Virus record (IMG/VR): IMGVR_UViG_3300020156_000035
Span: 1-55,665 of that record
From: a virus
Taxonomy: Duplodnaviria > Caudoviricetes
Length of the DNA stretch: 55,665 nucleotides
Reading direction: 5' to 3' (one strand)
A program made the translations under genes and the position numbers. The stretch's first letter is position 1, and every line of letters starts with the position of its first letter. Under the pieces are notes generated by a model that did not search any database, had not been told where the DNA came from, and saw nothing but the letters and a program-made list of their open reading frames with translations. Positions 37,941 through 47,203 of the stretch are shown one piece after another.

Positions 37941-38171
37941 ATGCGTGATCAAGCAATGGGCACACTTGATAATCAGGTAAAAACAACGGTATCGGTCGAG
38001 GTGCGCGGGTGGAAAACCATCCAGGCGCTTTTGACCGACTTGCAGGAGAGCGGCGAACTAGAGCGCATTATTCGCCGGTCCATCCAGGAGGTTGCGGACG
38101 AGATGGCGGGCAAGCGAGTGCAGCCGGTGTTTGGACTGAACAACAAAGAGATCATGCGGGAAGTGATGTAG
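37941..38171 (+). CDS. Hypothetical protein
   Basis: RBS plus ORF, followed by a terminator. Confidence 0.5.
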   Translation: MRDQAMGTLDNQVKTTVSVEVRGWKTIQALLTDLQESGELERIIRRSIQEVADEMAGKRVQPVFGLNNKEIMREVM

Positions 38172-38189
38172 AAGACACGCAAGGAAATT

Positions 38190-38212
38190 GGCCCCGGAAA
38201 CGGGGCTTTTTT
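38190..38212 (+). terminator. Intrinsic terminator
   Basis: GCCCCG-GAAA-CGGGGC followed by T6. Confidence 0.85.
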
Positions 38213-38225
38213 GTTATATTGCCTA

Positions 38226-38254
38226 TTGACAGGTAATGTATACAGTTGTATACT
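38226..38254 (+). promoter_or_regulatory. Near-consensus promoter with tandem TGTATAC operators
   Basis: TTGACA-17-TATACT; TGTATACA at 38237 and TGTATACT at 38247. Confidence 0.8.
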
Positions 38255-38282
38255 AGATATATAACAGACGGAGGGAAACGAG

Positions 38283-39142
38283 ATGACAGCAACCCAGACA
38301 ATCAACGAACTGAACAACCGCTACCAGAAGCACTTGACCGTTATCCGCGCACAGGCCCGCAACATGAACATGAAACAGGCCGCACAGTTCATCAAGGAAA
38401 TGGAAGCTGATCATCTGATGGAAGCGGTCGATATTATGGCCCGCCGCTTGGCGATCCGCGAAATGAAGGCCGAAGGGCTGATGTAGGAGAGTGGGGATGT
38501 TTACAAAATTTCGATCCCTTACCCGTGAGGGCAACCAGTGGCGCAACCCGAATAACGGGTATGTGTACACGCTGAGTAAGGTTAGCGGTCAGCATCGTGT
38601 GATCACCTATCATTACCACCATAGCGACTATCGCAAGTGTGTAAACGGTGTCACGCTGTACGATGGCGATAAAGCGATTGCATCCGGTAAGGCGGCATGG
38701 GTGAAGTTCGCAGAACTTACCGGGGATAAGATCGCTCAAATGATGGCGAGGTAGCATGACAGAATGTAAGCAGGAGATTGCGGACAGGATTTGCGCCGAT
38801 TACCCGTTTGGTATCACGCAAGTTTTAGCCGTGTATGACGCTGTAGGGGAAAGCGAGGAATTGACAAGGCGTGTACTTGACTTGGCGGTTAGCACTGGGA
38901 CGGAAGACCCAATGCGGCTTACAAGTATTGTTGTTCCGGCTGTCGTTATTGATTGGGATTACGACGCATTTGACACGGACGGTCAATCGAAATTTTGGCT
39001 TTATGAACTATTGACCGCCGGTGATCCTCTTCCTGAATACGTCCGCATTACCGGGCATCCCTGGCCCGGAAAGAGCCTGAATAATGCAATGGCTAAGTTG
39101 ATAGATGCGGATCAGGCTATTTATGAACTTATGGATAAATAA
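38283..39142 (+). other. Three small hypothetical genes (38283-38486, 38491-38754, 38756-39142)
   Basis: Coupled ORFs after the promoter; AT-richer than the flanking head genes. Confidence 0.65.
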
Positions 39143-39342
39143 TGTCACCACGTAAAGCGAATCATTCAGAAGCCAATCCCGTATTTACCTTTCGTGGCCC
39201 TGCTGAAATGATGCGTCAGCTTGACGAGTTATGCCAACTGTACGCGATGAACCGCAACCAGCTGATTTTGATGTTAATTGCTAAAGAATACGGGGCGAAG
39301 ATTGAGACAACTCAACCGCAAACCAAAAGTGAGGCCGAATGA
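39142..39342 (+). CDS. Ribbon-helix-helix (CopG/Arc-like) regulator
   Basis: VFTFRGPAEMMRQLDELCQLYAMNRNQLILMLI. Confidence 0.7.
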   Translation: MSPRKANHSEANPVFTFRGPAEMMRQLDELCQLYAMNRNQLILMLIAKEYGAKIETTQPQTKSEAE

Positions 39343-39638
39343 GTAACAAACCTTGTCCAATATGTGCCAGTGAAGCCAATGACGAAACGGAAGAACACGG
39401 CTACGGAAAGTTTGTGGACGTTGTATCCTGCTCTAATCCCGACTGCCCGTTGTTTGAGTGCTGGATGGTTCCTGTCAGATGGAACACGCGCCCAATTGAA
39501 GATGAACTACGGGCAGAAGTGCGCGAACTAGACGCGGAACGGGCCGCGCTGATCAACGCCGGGGATGCGCTGTACGATAACGCCGAATATTTACCAGAAG
39601 ACATTTTGGCCGAGTGGCGAAAGGCGCGGGGGAAATAG
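39339..39638 (+). CDS. Lar-like restriction alleviation protein
   Basis: KPCPIC...VSCSNPDC...WNTRP. Confidence 0.65.
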   Translation: MSNKPCPICASEANDETEEHGYGKFVDVVSCSNPDCPLFECWMVPVRWNTRPIEDELRAEVRELDAERAALINAGDALYDNAEYLPEDILAEWRKARGK

Positions 39639-39672
39639 TAATTGCAAATGAAAACCTTTTTCATTTTCACTA

Positions 39673-39701
39673 TTGCATAGAACAATAATTCGTGCTACAC
39701 T
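39673..39701 (+). promoter_or_regulatory. Promoter with a near-consensus LexA box in the spacer
   Basis: TTGCAT-17-TACACT; AGAACAATAATTCG (one mismatch) in the same register as 1010-1038. Confidence 0.65.
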
Positions 39702-39706
39702 AGGAA

Positions 39707-39830
39707 TTGACATTCACCGTGCTGGAACTGGCATACAGGGATAGACGGCAAGATAAAAATAGCGAAGGTATAAAAGCTCGACCGGCGTAAAACCTAGATT
39801 GGGGGTTCGAATCCCCTCGGTGAATGTCAA
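39707..39830 (+). ncRNA. tRNA-like RNA lacking a canonical anticodon arm and CCA
   Basis: 13-bp closing stem; U8; D arm CTG-GAACTGGCATA-CAG; T arm GGGGG-TTCGAAT-CCCCT; 62 nt between the D and T arms. Confidence 0.75.
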
Positions 39831-39941
39831 AGTGAAAAACAATTTACCCATGGAAATGGGGCGCTTGTTTGTGAAATAAGCATAGGCCCGGTGAGGGCAG
39901 ACGAACCCACAAACGAGTAAGACGCACTAGGCTGACAGGAC

Positions 39942-39996
39942 AAGCGGCGTGTTTGTTGAGGATCACATTTGATCCCCGATGAACACGCCGCTTTTT
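39942..39996 (+). terminator. Terminator/attenuator immediately before the capsid gene
   Basis: AAGCGGCGTGTT/AACACGCCGCTT followed by a T-tract. Confidence 0.75.
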
Positions 39997-40022
39997 GTTT
40001 ACCAACTTTTACAGGTGGAAAC

Positions 40023-42611
40023 GTGACGGAACAGACCGATACCAAAGCCAGCTACAGCCCGCCCGATGCCGTGCGCAACAATGCCCGGCGCGGGTTGGAA
40101 CTGCGCGAGAAGTGGGGACGCGGCGGGTTGAGCACGCAGGAAGCCGGCGAGCAGGGCATTGGTTCGGGTGTGGCGCGAGCCAGCAACCTTGCCAACGGTG
40201 ACGGGGTGAGCCTCGCAACCGTCCGGCGCATGGCTGCGTTTTTCTCCCGTCACGAGGGAAATTACAAGCCGGATAAGAAAGAGGACGATGGCGGACCGAC
40301 CGCCGGAACGATTGCCTATCTTCTTTGGGGTGGGGCCGCCGGTAGACGGTGGGCGGAAGGAATACTGAACGATATGGACGAAAACGAAAAGGCGATCAGC
40401 CTGGACAAGCAACTGCAAGCGATCCACCAGACCTTTTACCGGCTGTACAGCGGTATGGGCGCTGGCGGGGCGATGGATTGTGAGTGTTGGGTGGTCGAAA
40501 CCTATGACACGCACATCATCGCCCGTATGAGTGAGAAATACTACCGCGTGCCCTACACTGTGGAAGGGGAGGGGGTGACCTTTGCCCCCGCCGCTGAATG
40601 GCAGATGGTTGAGGAAAAGCGCGAGTGGGTGGATGTGGTCAAGGCGCTGAAAGCCGGCGCGCGCAACAGCGCCAGCGACGCGGCCCGGCTGCAAGCCATC
40701 CACGATCTTGCTGTAGAGAACGGCGCGGTTTGTGTTGCCGCAGAACCTGCCACGATGGATAGCATGAACACGCTCAAGGCCGTCAGCGAAACCGACGACG
40801 AGCTGCGCGTGGCCAACTACATCGTGCTGTTCAACCGCCGCGACCTGGAAGGCATCGGCAGCTCCCGCGTCAACCCGGACGGCACGACCGGCGAGCAGTT
40901 TGCCCCTGACGTGGACCTGGACAGCGACTACACCAAGGCGGGCGTGCTGTACGTGGATTGGGAACACGGCGCGGACCCGGAAAAGACCGGCAGCGACGAG
41001 CACAACATCCTGGGCTTTGTCGATTGGAAGACTGCCAAACGCGACGAGCAGGGCGTGTTTGTCGAGCGCGTTTTGAACCGCCGCAACCAGTACGTCAAGT
41101 GGCTCGAACCACTGATCCGCGAGGGCATTGTCGGCAATTCGAGTGAGGCCGTACCCGGCAAGGTCAAAAAGACCCAGGACGGGCGCATCACCCGCTGGCC
41201 GCTCAAGCGCGACAGCCTGACCGTCACGCCCATGCAGCCGGAAATGATCACCGAGAACCAGCTGTCCGCGCTCAAGGCGTTGGGGCTGATCAAGGACAAA
41301 CCAAGTGTAACACCTGGCACTACCACGGCGGAGGCCGCGCCAGAGGCCGCGAACCATGCGGCGGCGGGCGAACCGGAAGACGCGCCAGAACCCCTTACCA
41401 GTACGTTATCTGTGGAGAAAAAAGCAATGGAACTGACCGAAGAAAAACTGAGCGAGATGATCGCAAGCGCCTCCGCCGCTGCTGCAACCAAAGCGGTTGA
41501 GGAAATGAAAAAGGCCGCACCGGCCACCAGCACGGCGGGCGTGGTTGTGACCCACGACGAAGCCGACAACCTGTTTGAGAGCATTGCCGAGCAGTGCAAG
41601 GCGGTCAAAGCCTGGGAAACCAGCAAGGGCGGCGTCAAGGACCCGCGCCTGTCCCGCCTGGGCCAGAAGGCCCTGGGCGCTTCCGAGGGTGTGGCTGCTG
41701 ACGGCGGCTTCCTCCTGGAACCCACCTTGCAGGCCGAAATCCTCAAACCCATGCACGAAGAAGGCCCCTTTACCCGTGGCGTGCGCCGCCTGCCGGTTGG
41801 CAACAACTCGAATTACGGCTGGCTCAACGGGGTTGACGAAACCTCCCGCGCCACCGGTTCGCGCTGGGGTGGCATCCAGGGCTACCGCCTGGCCGAAGCC
41901 GGGACCAAGACCGGTTCGCGGCCCAAGTTCCGCCGCATCAGTTGGGAACTGAAAAAGTACGCGGTGCTGTGCTACGCCACCGATGAACTGCTGGCCGATG
42001 CTGCGCAGTTCTCCGCCGTGGTGCGCATGGGCGCGGGCGAGGAACTCAACTTCATGGCGAATGACGACATCATCAACGGCGCTGGGGTGGGTGGTCCGCT
42101 GGGCTTCCTCAACAGTGGCGCGGTGATTGCCGTCGCCAAGGAAGCCGGGCAAGCTGCCGCGACGATCAACAACGTCAACCTGATGAAGATGTGGGCGCGT
42201 GTCCATGCCCGCTCGAAGATGAACGCGGCCTGGTACTACAACACCGACTGCGGCCCGCAGCTGCATCAGATGGCAATGCAGGTGGGAACCAGCGCGCTGG
42301 AACCCCGCTTCGTGACCTACGCCCCCGACGGCTCCCTGCGTATCTACGGCCGCCCGGCGATTGAAACCGAGTTCAACGCCACCGTGGGCGCGCTGGGCGA
42401 CATCGTGGTTGCCGACCTGTCCGAATACCTGTTCTGGGACAAAGACGGGGTACAGGAAGCCTCCTCGATCCACGTCCAGTTCCTCACCGACGAGACGGTC
42501 TTCCGCTTCGTCTACCGCTGCGACGGCCAGCCCTCCATCGCCAGCCCGCTGACCCCCTACAAGGGCAGCAACACGGTTTCGCCTTTCGTTGGCCTCGCCG
42601 CGCGCGCCTAA
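40023..42611 (+). CDS. Fused prohead protease/scaffold and HK97-fold major capsid protein
   Basis: Protease-like VANYIVLF...WEHG...GNSSEA; capsid-like DGGFLL, AEAGTK, FLTDETVFRFVYRCDG. Probable GTG start at 40023; internal GGAG RBS with ATG at 41427. Confidence 0.9.
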   Translation: MTEQTDTKASYSPPDAVRNNARRGLELREKWGRGGLSTQEAGEQGIGSGVARASNLANGDGVSLATVRRMAAFFSRHEGNYKPDKKEDDGGPTAGTIAYLLWGGAAGRRWAEGILNDMDENEKAISLDKQLQAIHQTFYRLYSGMGAGGAMDCECWVVETYDTHIIARMSEKYYRVPYTVEGEGVTFAPAAEWQMVEEKREWVDVVKALKAGARNSASDAARLQAIHDLAVENGAVCVAAEPATMDSMNTLKAVSETDDELRVANYIVLFNRRDLEGIGSSRVNPDGTTGEQFAPDVDLDSDYTKAGVLYVDWEHGADPEKTGSDEHNILGFVDWKTAKRDEQGVFVERVLNRRNQYVKWLEPLIREGIVGNSSEAVPGKVKKTQDGRITRWPLKRDSLTVTPMQPEMITENQLSALKALGLIKDKPSVTPGTTTAEAAPEAANHAAAGEPEDAPEPLTSTLSVEKKAMELTEEKLSEMIASASAAAATKAVEEMKKAAPATSTAGVVVTHDEADNLFESIAEQCKAVKAWETSKGGVKDPRLSRLGQKALGASEGVAADGGFLLEPTLQAEILKPMHEEGPFTRGVRRLPVGNNSNYGWLNGVDETSRATGSRWGGIQGYRLAEAGTKTGSRPKFRRISWELKKYAVLCYATDELLADAAQFSAVVRMGAGEELNFMANDDIINGAGVGGPLGFLNSGAVIAVAKEAGQAAATINNVNLMKMWARVHARSKMNAAWYYNTDCGPQLHQMAMQVGTSALEPRFVTYAPDGSLRIYGRPAIETEFNATVGALGDIVVADLSEYLFWDKDGVQEASSIHVQFLTDETVFRFVYRCDGQPSIASPLTPYKGSNTVSPFVGLAARA

Positions 42612-42667
42612 GTCAACCGATTAGCCAGGGAGCGGGCCAACCCCGCTCCCACCCATGAGGAAACACC

Positions 42668-43141
42668 ATGATCAACTTGCCTTCCAATTTCAAGATCGTT
42701 GACGCCACCGCCGGGCCTGTCACCACCAATGGCGGCGTGACGCTGGATTATGTCTCGCTCAAAAACGCCCACCGCGCCTGGATCGTCTTGCAGTTCACCC
42801 AGGCTGCCGGGCACGCTACCGCCATCCAGCCCAAAAAGGCGACCGCCGTGGACGGGACGGGCGTTGCCAACATCACCGTTGCCGCAAAGATTTGGGCCAA
42901 CGAAGACACCGCCGCCTCCGACGCGCTGGCTGTTGCCACCGCCGCGACCTCCTACACCCTGACCAACGACATCAAGAAAAAGCTGGTCGTGATCGAAATC
43001 GACCCGGCTTCCCTGGGTGGGGCGGATGTACTGGGCTGCGCGATTGCCGACAGCTCGCAGGCGACCAACTTCGTCTCGGGGATGTACATTCTCGAGCCGC
43101 GCTACCAGCAGGCTTCCCCGCTGACCGCGATCACCGACTAA
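42668..43141 (+). CDS. Head decoration/virion protein
   Basis: Directly follows the capsid gene; A/T/V-rich. Confidence 0.65.
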   Translation: MINLPSNFKIVDATAGPVTTNGGVTLDYVSLKNAHRAWIVLQFTQAAGHATAIQPKKATAVDGTGVANITVAAKIWANEDTAASDALAVATAATSYTLTNDIKKKLVVIEIDPASLGGADVLGCAIADSSQATNFVSGMYILEPRYQQASPLTAITD

Positions 43142-43208
43142 CCCTCTCTCATTCGTCGCTGCCCGGTAGCGGTATCGGGCAGCGCATCCCAATCATGGAG
43201 ATGCGACA

Positions 43209-43913
43209 ATGGCAATGCACTCGAAATGGATTAACGGCAACCTGGTCTATTATGACGGCCAACGCTGGTTTGACGCCATCGGCCCGACCGCTGCCAAATT
43301 TATCTTCAACTCCGCCCATGTTCCGCTGAGTGGCGCGGATGCCCTGGTGGGCGCGACCGTCACGCTGGTGGAAACCGGCGCTGGTGAAACCACCCTGACC
43401 GCCGTGGGCGGTTGGGAAGGCGGGGCGCTCTCGATCACCACCGACGCCGCCGACAATGACGGGGCTAACATCCAGTTTCAGGAGGCGTTCAAGTTCGCCG
43501 CCGGGAAACCCCTCTACTTTGGCATCAAGCTGCAAGCGACCGAGGCTACGCAGTCCGACTTCATGGCCGGCCTGTGCATCACCAACACCAACCTGCTGGG
43601 CGGCATCAGTGATGGCGCGTACTTCCGCAAGGTGGACGGCGCGACGGCGATTAAGTGGGTGCTCGAAAAGAACACCACGGAAACCGAAAGCACCGAAACC
43701 GTGACCTTTGCCAATGACACCGATGTATGGTTGGAGATCACCTGGGACGGGGCCAACGCCGACTTCTACGTCAACGGCGAGCAGAAAACCCGCCTGGCGC
43801 AGACCAACCTGCCCGATGATGAGTTCCTGGCTCCCTCGCTGCAATTCCTCTCCGGCTCGGTGGGCGCGAAATCGTGCACCGTCAGCCGCTGGGCCTGCAT
43901 CCAGATCAACTAA
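43209..43913 (+). CDS. Virion protein, beta-sandwich (ConA/LamG-like)
   Basis: WLEITWDG..ADFYVNG. Confidence 0.6.
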   Translation: MAMHSKWINGNLVYYDGQRWFDAIGPTAAKFIFNSAHVPLSGADALVGATVTLVETGAGETTLTAVGGWEGGALSITTDAADNDGANIQFQEAFKFAAGKPLYFGIKLQATEATQSDFMAGLCITNTNLLGGISDGAYFRKVDGATAIKWVLEKNTTETESTETVTFANDTDVWLEITWDGANADFYVNGEQKTRLAQTNLPDDEFLAPSLQFLSGSVGAKSCTVSRWACIQIN

Positions 43914-43981
43914 CCAACTTCCCTCCCTCCTTGAGCGGGCCGGGTGACCTCCTACACCCGGCCCAACCGAAAGGATAACCA

Positions 43982-44359
43982 ATGGCCGGAACTGTAACGG
44001 TAAGTGAAGAGTATTTTGGCGGCTTGCTCAAAGTGGACTGGGATTGGTTGAGCACGGCGGGCGGCGCGGCGGACCTGGTGACCGCCAACGCCTACACCGG
44101 GATTGTCACCCGGGCCGTGTTTATCCCCGACAGCGCGGGCACGCAGCCGACGGACCTGTACGACGTGACCGTCACCGACGAGGACGGCGCGGACGTGCTT
44201 TTGGGCCTGGGCGCGAACCTGTCCAACGCCGCCACCGTGCAGAAGCACCAGGGCGACGGGCTGGGCTGTGTCGCCAATGACAAGCTGACGGTCAATGTCA
44301 CCAACGCCGGCAACGCCAAGGGCGGGCGGGTGATTTTGTACATCGCGGATCTGAGGTAA
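43982..44359 (+). CDS. Virion structural protein
   Basis: Position and composition. Confidence 0.6.
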   Translation: MAGTVTVSEEYFGGLLKVDWDWLSTAGGAADLVTANAYTGIVTRAVFIPDSAGTQPTDLYDVTVTDEDGADVLLGLGANLSNAATVQKHQGDGLGCVANDKLTVNVTNAGNAKGGRVILYIADLR

Positions 44360-44362
44360 GCA

Positions 44363-44959
44363 ATGGCGGTAGTCAACGGCTATACATCCCTGGAAGCGGT
44401 AAAGGCGACGCGCAGGATCAAGGTGACGGACACCAGCGACGACGCGCTGCTAGAGCGCCTTATCACCCAGGCCAGCCGCTTCATTGACCAAGAAACCGGG
44501 CGGACCTTCTATGCACGCAGCGAGACACGCTACTATGACGCCCCAGATATTCGTTTTATCTGGCTGGACGATGACCTACTGACCATCACCAGCCTGACCA
44601 ACGGCGACGGGACGGTGATCCCCACCAGTGAGTACTTTACCGAACCGCGCAACACCGCACCCAAGTTTCGCATCTGTCTCAAGGCGGTCAGTTCGACCAC
44701 CTGGGAGGCTGACAGCAACAGCAGCCGGGAAGGGGTGATTGCCGTGGCGGGAACTTGGGGCTACAGCGCCAGCGCACCAGCGGATATTGAAGAGGCTTGT
44801 ATCGAAATCGTTATCAATGCCTATCAAAACCGCTACGGACCAAGCCGCACTCCGGGTGAGGCAACTTCCGGCGGCGCGGGAGGCGCGGTCGCGCCCAACG
44901 ATGTCCCTAACAAGGCCCGCGAAATCATTTCCGGGTATCGGCGCATGGTATTGGCCTAA
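44363..44959 (+). CDS. Head-tail connector (adaptor) protein
   Basis: YTSLEAVK, DDALLERLITQASRFID..TGRTF, WGY..APADIEEAC. Confidence 0.85.
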   Translation: MAVVNGYTSLEAVKATRRIKVTDTSDDALLERLITQASRFIDQETGRTFYARSETRYYDAPDIRFIWLDDDLLTITSLTNGDGTVIPTSEYFTEPRNTAPKFRICLKAVSSTTWEADSNSSREGVIAVAGTWGYSASAPADIEEACIEIVINAYQNRYGPSRTPGEATSGGAGGAVAPNDVPNKAREIISGYRRMVLA

Positions 44960-45387
44960 TGCAAATCAGGATCACGCTAGAACGCGGGGAACTGGTACGG
45001 CAGGGGGCGCAAAACCTCAACGCCGAAATTCCCCAGGTGGGCCGGCGGCAAATCCGCACCGTGATGGAGCGCGTAAAGCGCCGGATGGAAGCCTACCCAC
45101 CAGAACGCCAGGGACAACGCTATAAGCGCACCGGTAGGTTTTTCCGTTCCTGGGGCATCGACCGAATTGGGAACACCGGGTATCTGATCAAAAACACCGC
45201 CCGCGATCCCCGGACGCGCAAAGAGTACGGACGTTACGTGGTGGGTACGGCCTACGGAACGGGGCAGGCGTGGATGCACAAAGGCCGCTGGGAACTGCTG
45301 CGCGATGTGGTAGAGGAAGAATTACAGCGGTTGCCGCCTGCCGTTGAGCGGGAAATCGCATTGGTGGCGCGGAGGAACAATCTGTGA
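44959..45387 (+). CDS. HK97 gp10-like neck protein (second copy)
   Basis: YPP...YKRTGRFFRSW. Confidence 0.65.
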   Translation: MQIRITLERGELVRQGAQNLNAEIPQVGRRQIRTVMERVKRRMEAYPPERQGQRYKRTGRFFRSWGIDRIGNTGYLIKNTARDPRTRKEYGRYVVGTAYGTGQAWMHKGRWELLRDVVEEELQRLPPAVEREIALVARRNNL

Positions 45388-45842
45388 GCAACGCGGTACA
45401 GAGTGCGTTACAAACCGTTTTACAGGGCTTGCCGCAGTTCGCGGATCACCCGGAAGGGGTGACGCGCGGGGATTACAGCATCCTGGAAAGTCAAGACCTG
45501 GACGTGATGATTGTCATTGAGCCGGGGGTGTTTGGTTCCGGCGACGCGGGCGCGTGCCAGATCACCCGCACCTGGCAAATCCCGTTCAATATCTTCTGCC
45601 GCTACACGGGCGACATCACCACCCTGGCGGATTTCTCCACCTTTCGGGACGCGGTGATCGACCGCCTGGACAGTTACCCAACCCTGAACGGGCAGGACAA
45701 TATCACCCTCGCACGCCTGAGCGCGGAAGGTGACCCAACCGAAGTCAAAGACCGCACAGGCGGCGGGCCGTTTTTTACCATGCAGACATTGCAGGCGGAA
45801 ATTATCGAGCGCGTCACCCTGTCGGGCGGCGAGTATGCGTAA
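45384..45842 (+). CDS. Tail terminator/completion protein
   Basis: Acidic 152-aa protein immediately before the tail tube gene. Confidence 0.65.
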   Translation: MSNAVQSALQTVLQGLPQFADHPEGVTRGDYSILESQDLDVMIVIEPGVFGSGDAGACQITRTWQIPFNIFCRYTGDITTLADFSTFRDAVIDRLDSYPTLNGQDNITLARLSAEGDPTEVKDRTGGGPFFTMQTLQAEIIERVTLSGGEYA

Positions 45843-45851
45843 GGAGTAACC

Positions 45852-46859
45852 ATGGCCGGTATCAAAGGATTTTCCAAAATTCAACTGGGCGCGGAAAGTA
45901 CGGCGGGTACTGCCGTCGCCGCGACTACCATCCTGCGCGGGGCGTTTGCCGGGCCGGACGATCAGCGGCAGGTCGTTTTCCCCAATGAAAACATCGGGTA
46001 CGTGTCGGGCGTGGACCGCTCGTATGTCCCCTCCCTCGGCGCGCGCCTCGCCATCCCCGAGCGCGAGGCCACCTTTGAACAGCTGCCCTACACCTTTGCG
46101 GCAGGCATCAAAAACGTGGTCACCGGGGCCTCGGACGGGGTGGGGACCGGCAAAGTGTATGCCTATCCCTTCCCGACCACCGCCGCCAACACGATCAAAA
46201 CCTACACCATTGAAAGCGGCGACAACCAGCAGGCCGAGGAGATGGAATATGGCTTTGTCAGCGAATTCACCCTCTCGGGGCAGTCGCAGGGCGCGCTGAT
46301 GATTGCCGACACCTGGCAGGGGCGGCAGTGGACAAAGGCCAGCTTTACCGGGGCGCTGTCCGCGCCGGCGGTCGAGGAAATCCTGTTCCAAAAGGGCAAG
46401 CTCTATATCGACGCGGTGGACGGCACGCTGGGCAATACGCTAGTGTCCTCGACCTTGCTGGGTATGACCCTCTCGGTGCGTACCGGTTGGGTTCCCAACT
46501 ATACCGGTGACGGCGAATTGTACTTTACCGACATCGAGCACGTGCAGGAGCAAATGGAAGTGCTGCTCAATGTTACCTTCCGCCACAACGCCAGCGCGGT
46601 TGCAGAGAAAGACGCATGGCGCGCGCAGACGGCGCGGCAGCTGCGCCTGGCCTTTGAAGGATCGGCCCTCACCGCTGGCACGACCTACAGCAAAAAGACG
46701 CTGCGGGTTGATCTGGCCGGTAAGTGGGAGCGGTTTGAGCCGCTTTCGGACCGGGACGGCATGATGATCTCCACCGGCATCTTCCGCGCGCGCTACAACG
46801 CGACGGCCAACCTGTTTGCCAATATCACCGTGGTCAACACCCTGGCGAGCCTGACCTAA
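45852..46859 (+). CDS. Major tail tube protein
   Basis: GAESTAGTAV N-terminus; YTIESGD; position. Confidence 0.8.
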   Translation: MAGIKGFSKIQLGAESTAGTAVAATTILRGAFAGPDDQRQVVFPNENIGYVSGVDRSYVPSLGARLAIPEREATFEQLPYTFAAGIKNVVTGASDGVGTGKVYAYPFPTTAANTIKTYTIESGDNQQAEEMEYGFVSEFTLSGQSQGALMIADTWQGRQWTKASFTGALSAPAVEEILFQKGKLYIDAVDGTLGNTLVSSTLLGMTLSVRTGWVPNYTGDGELYFTDIEHVQEQMEVLLNVTFRHNASAVAEKDAWRAQTARQLRLAFEGSALTAGTTYSKKTLRVDLAGKWERFEPLSDRDGMMISTGIFRARYNATANLFANITVVNTLASLT

Positions 46860-47203
46860 TGATCCAAAACCCGCAGCACCCGGATTTTGGCGACGTGCCG
46901 GTGGCGCAGCTGACGCAGGGCCACCTGGAAGATTTCTACCGCCATTTGCGCGAAAACAGCGTGACAGCGGAAGGCAAGACGCTCAACGAGTACGCCGGCG
47001 ACCTGCTGCGCGCCGCCGTCGTGTGCGGCTGGTTTCCGGGGCTGACGGTGGCGGACGTGCGCAACATGCCGCCGTGGAAGGTGGTGTGGTTGTTCCGCTG
47101 GATCAATGACTTTTTGAAGTCGGCATTGGAGATTGACCCAAACTCATTCAGGCCGTTGTCGAATGTGCAGCCAAGCCCGGACAGCGGCCCCCGGACGAAC
47201 TGA
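46859..47203 (+). CDS. Tail assembly chaperone (gpG-like)
   Basis: Between tube and tape measure genes; contains in-frame C CCA AAC. Confidence 0.75.
   Translation: MIQNPQHPDFGDVPVAQLTQGHLEDFYRHLRENSVTAEGKTLNEYAGDLLRAAVVCGWFPGLTVADVRNMPPWKVVWLFRWINDFLKSALEIDPNSFRPLSNVQPSPDSGPRTN

Noticed and set aside
39707-39830. Canonical tRNA gene or YrlA RNA
   Set aside because: No 5-bp anticodon stem with a 7-nt loop and no CCA; the arm order is not permuted as in YrlA.
39868-39925. Known riboswitch or hammerhead/theta ribozyme after the tRNA-like domain
   Set aside because: Stems are present but no CUGAUGA/GAAA core, HDV-like core or recognisable aptamer consensus.
39969-40022. TTG start of the 880-aa capsid ORF
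   Set aside because: It falls within the terminator hairpin; GTG 40023 has an AGGTGG RBS.
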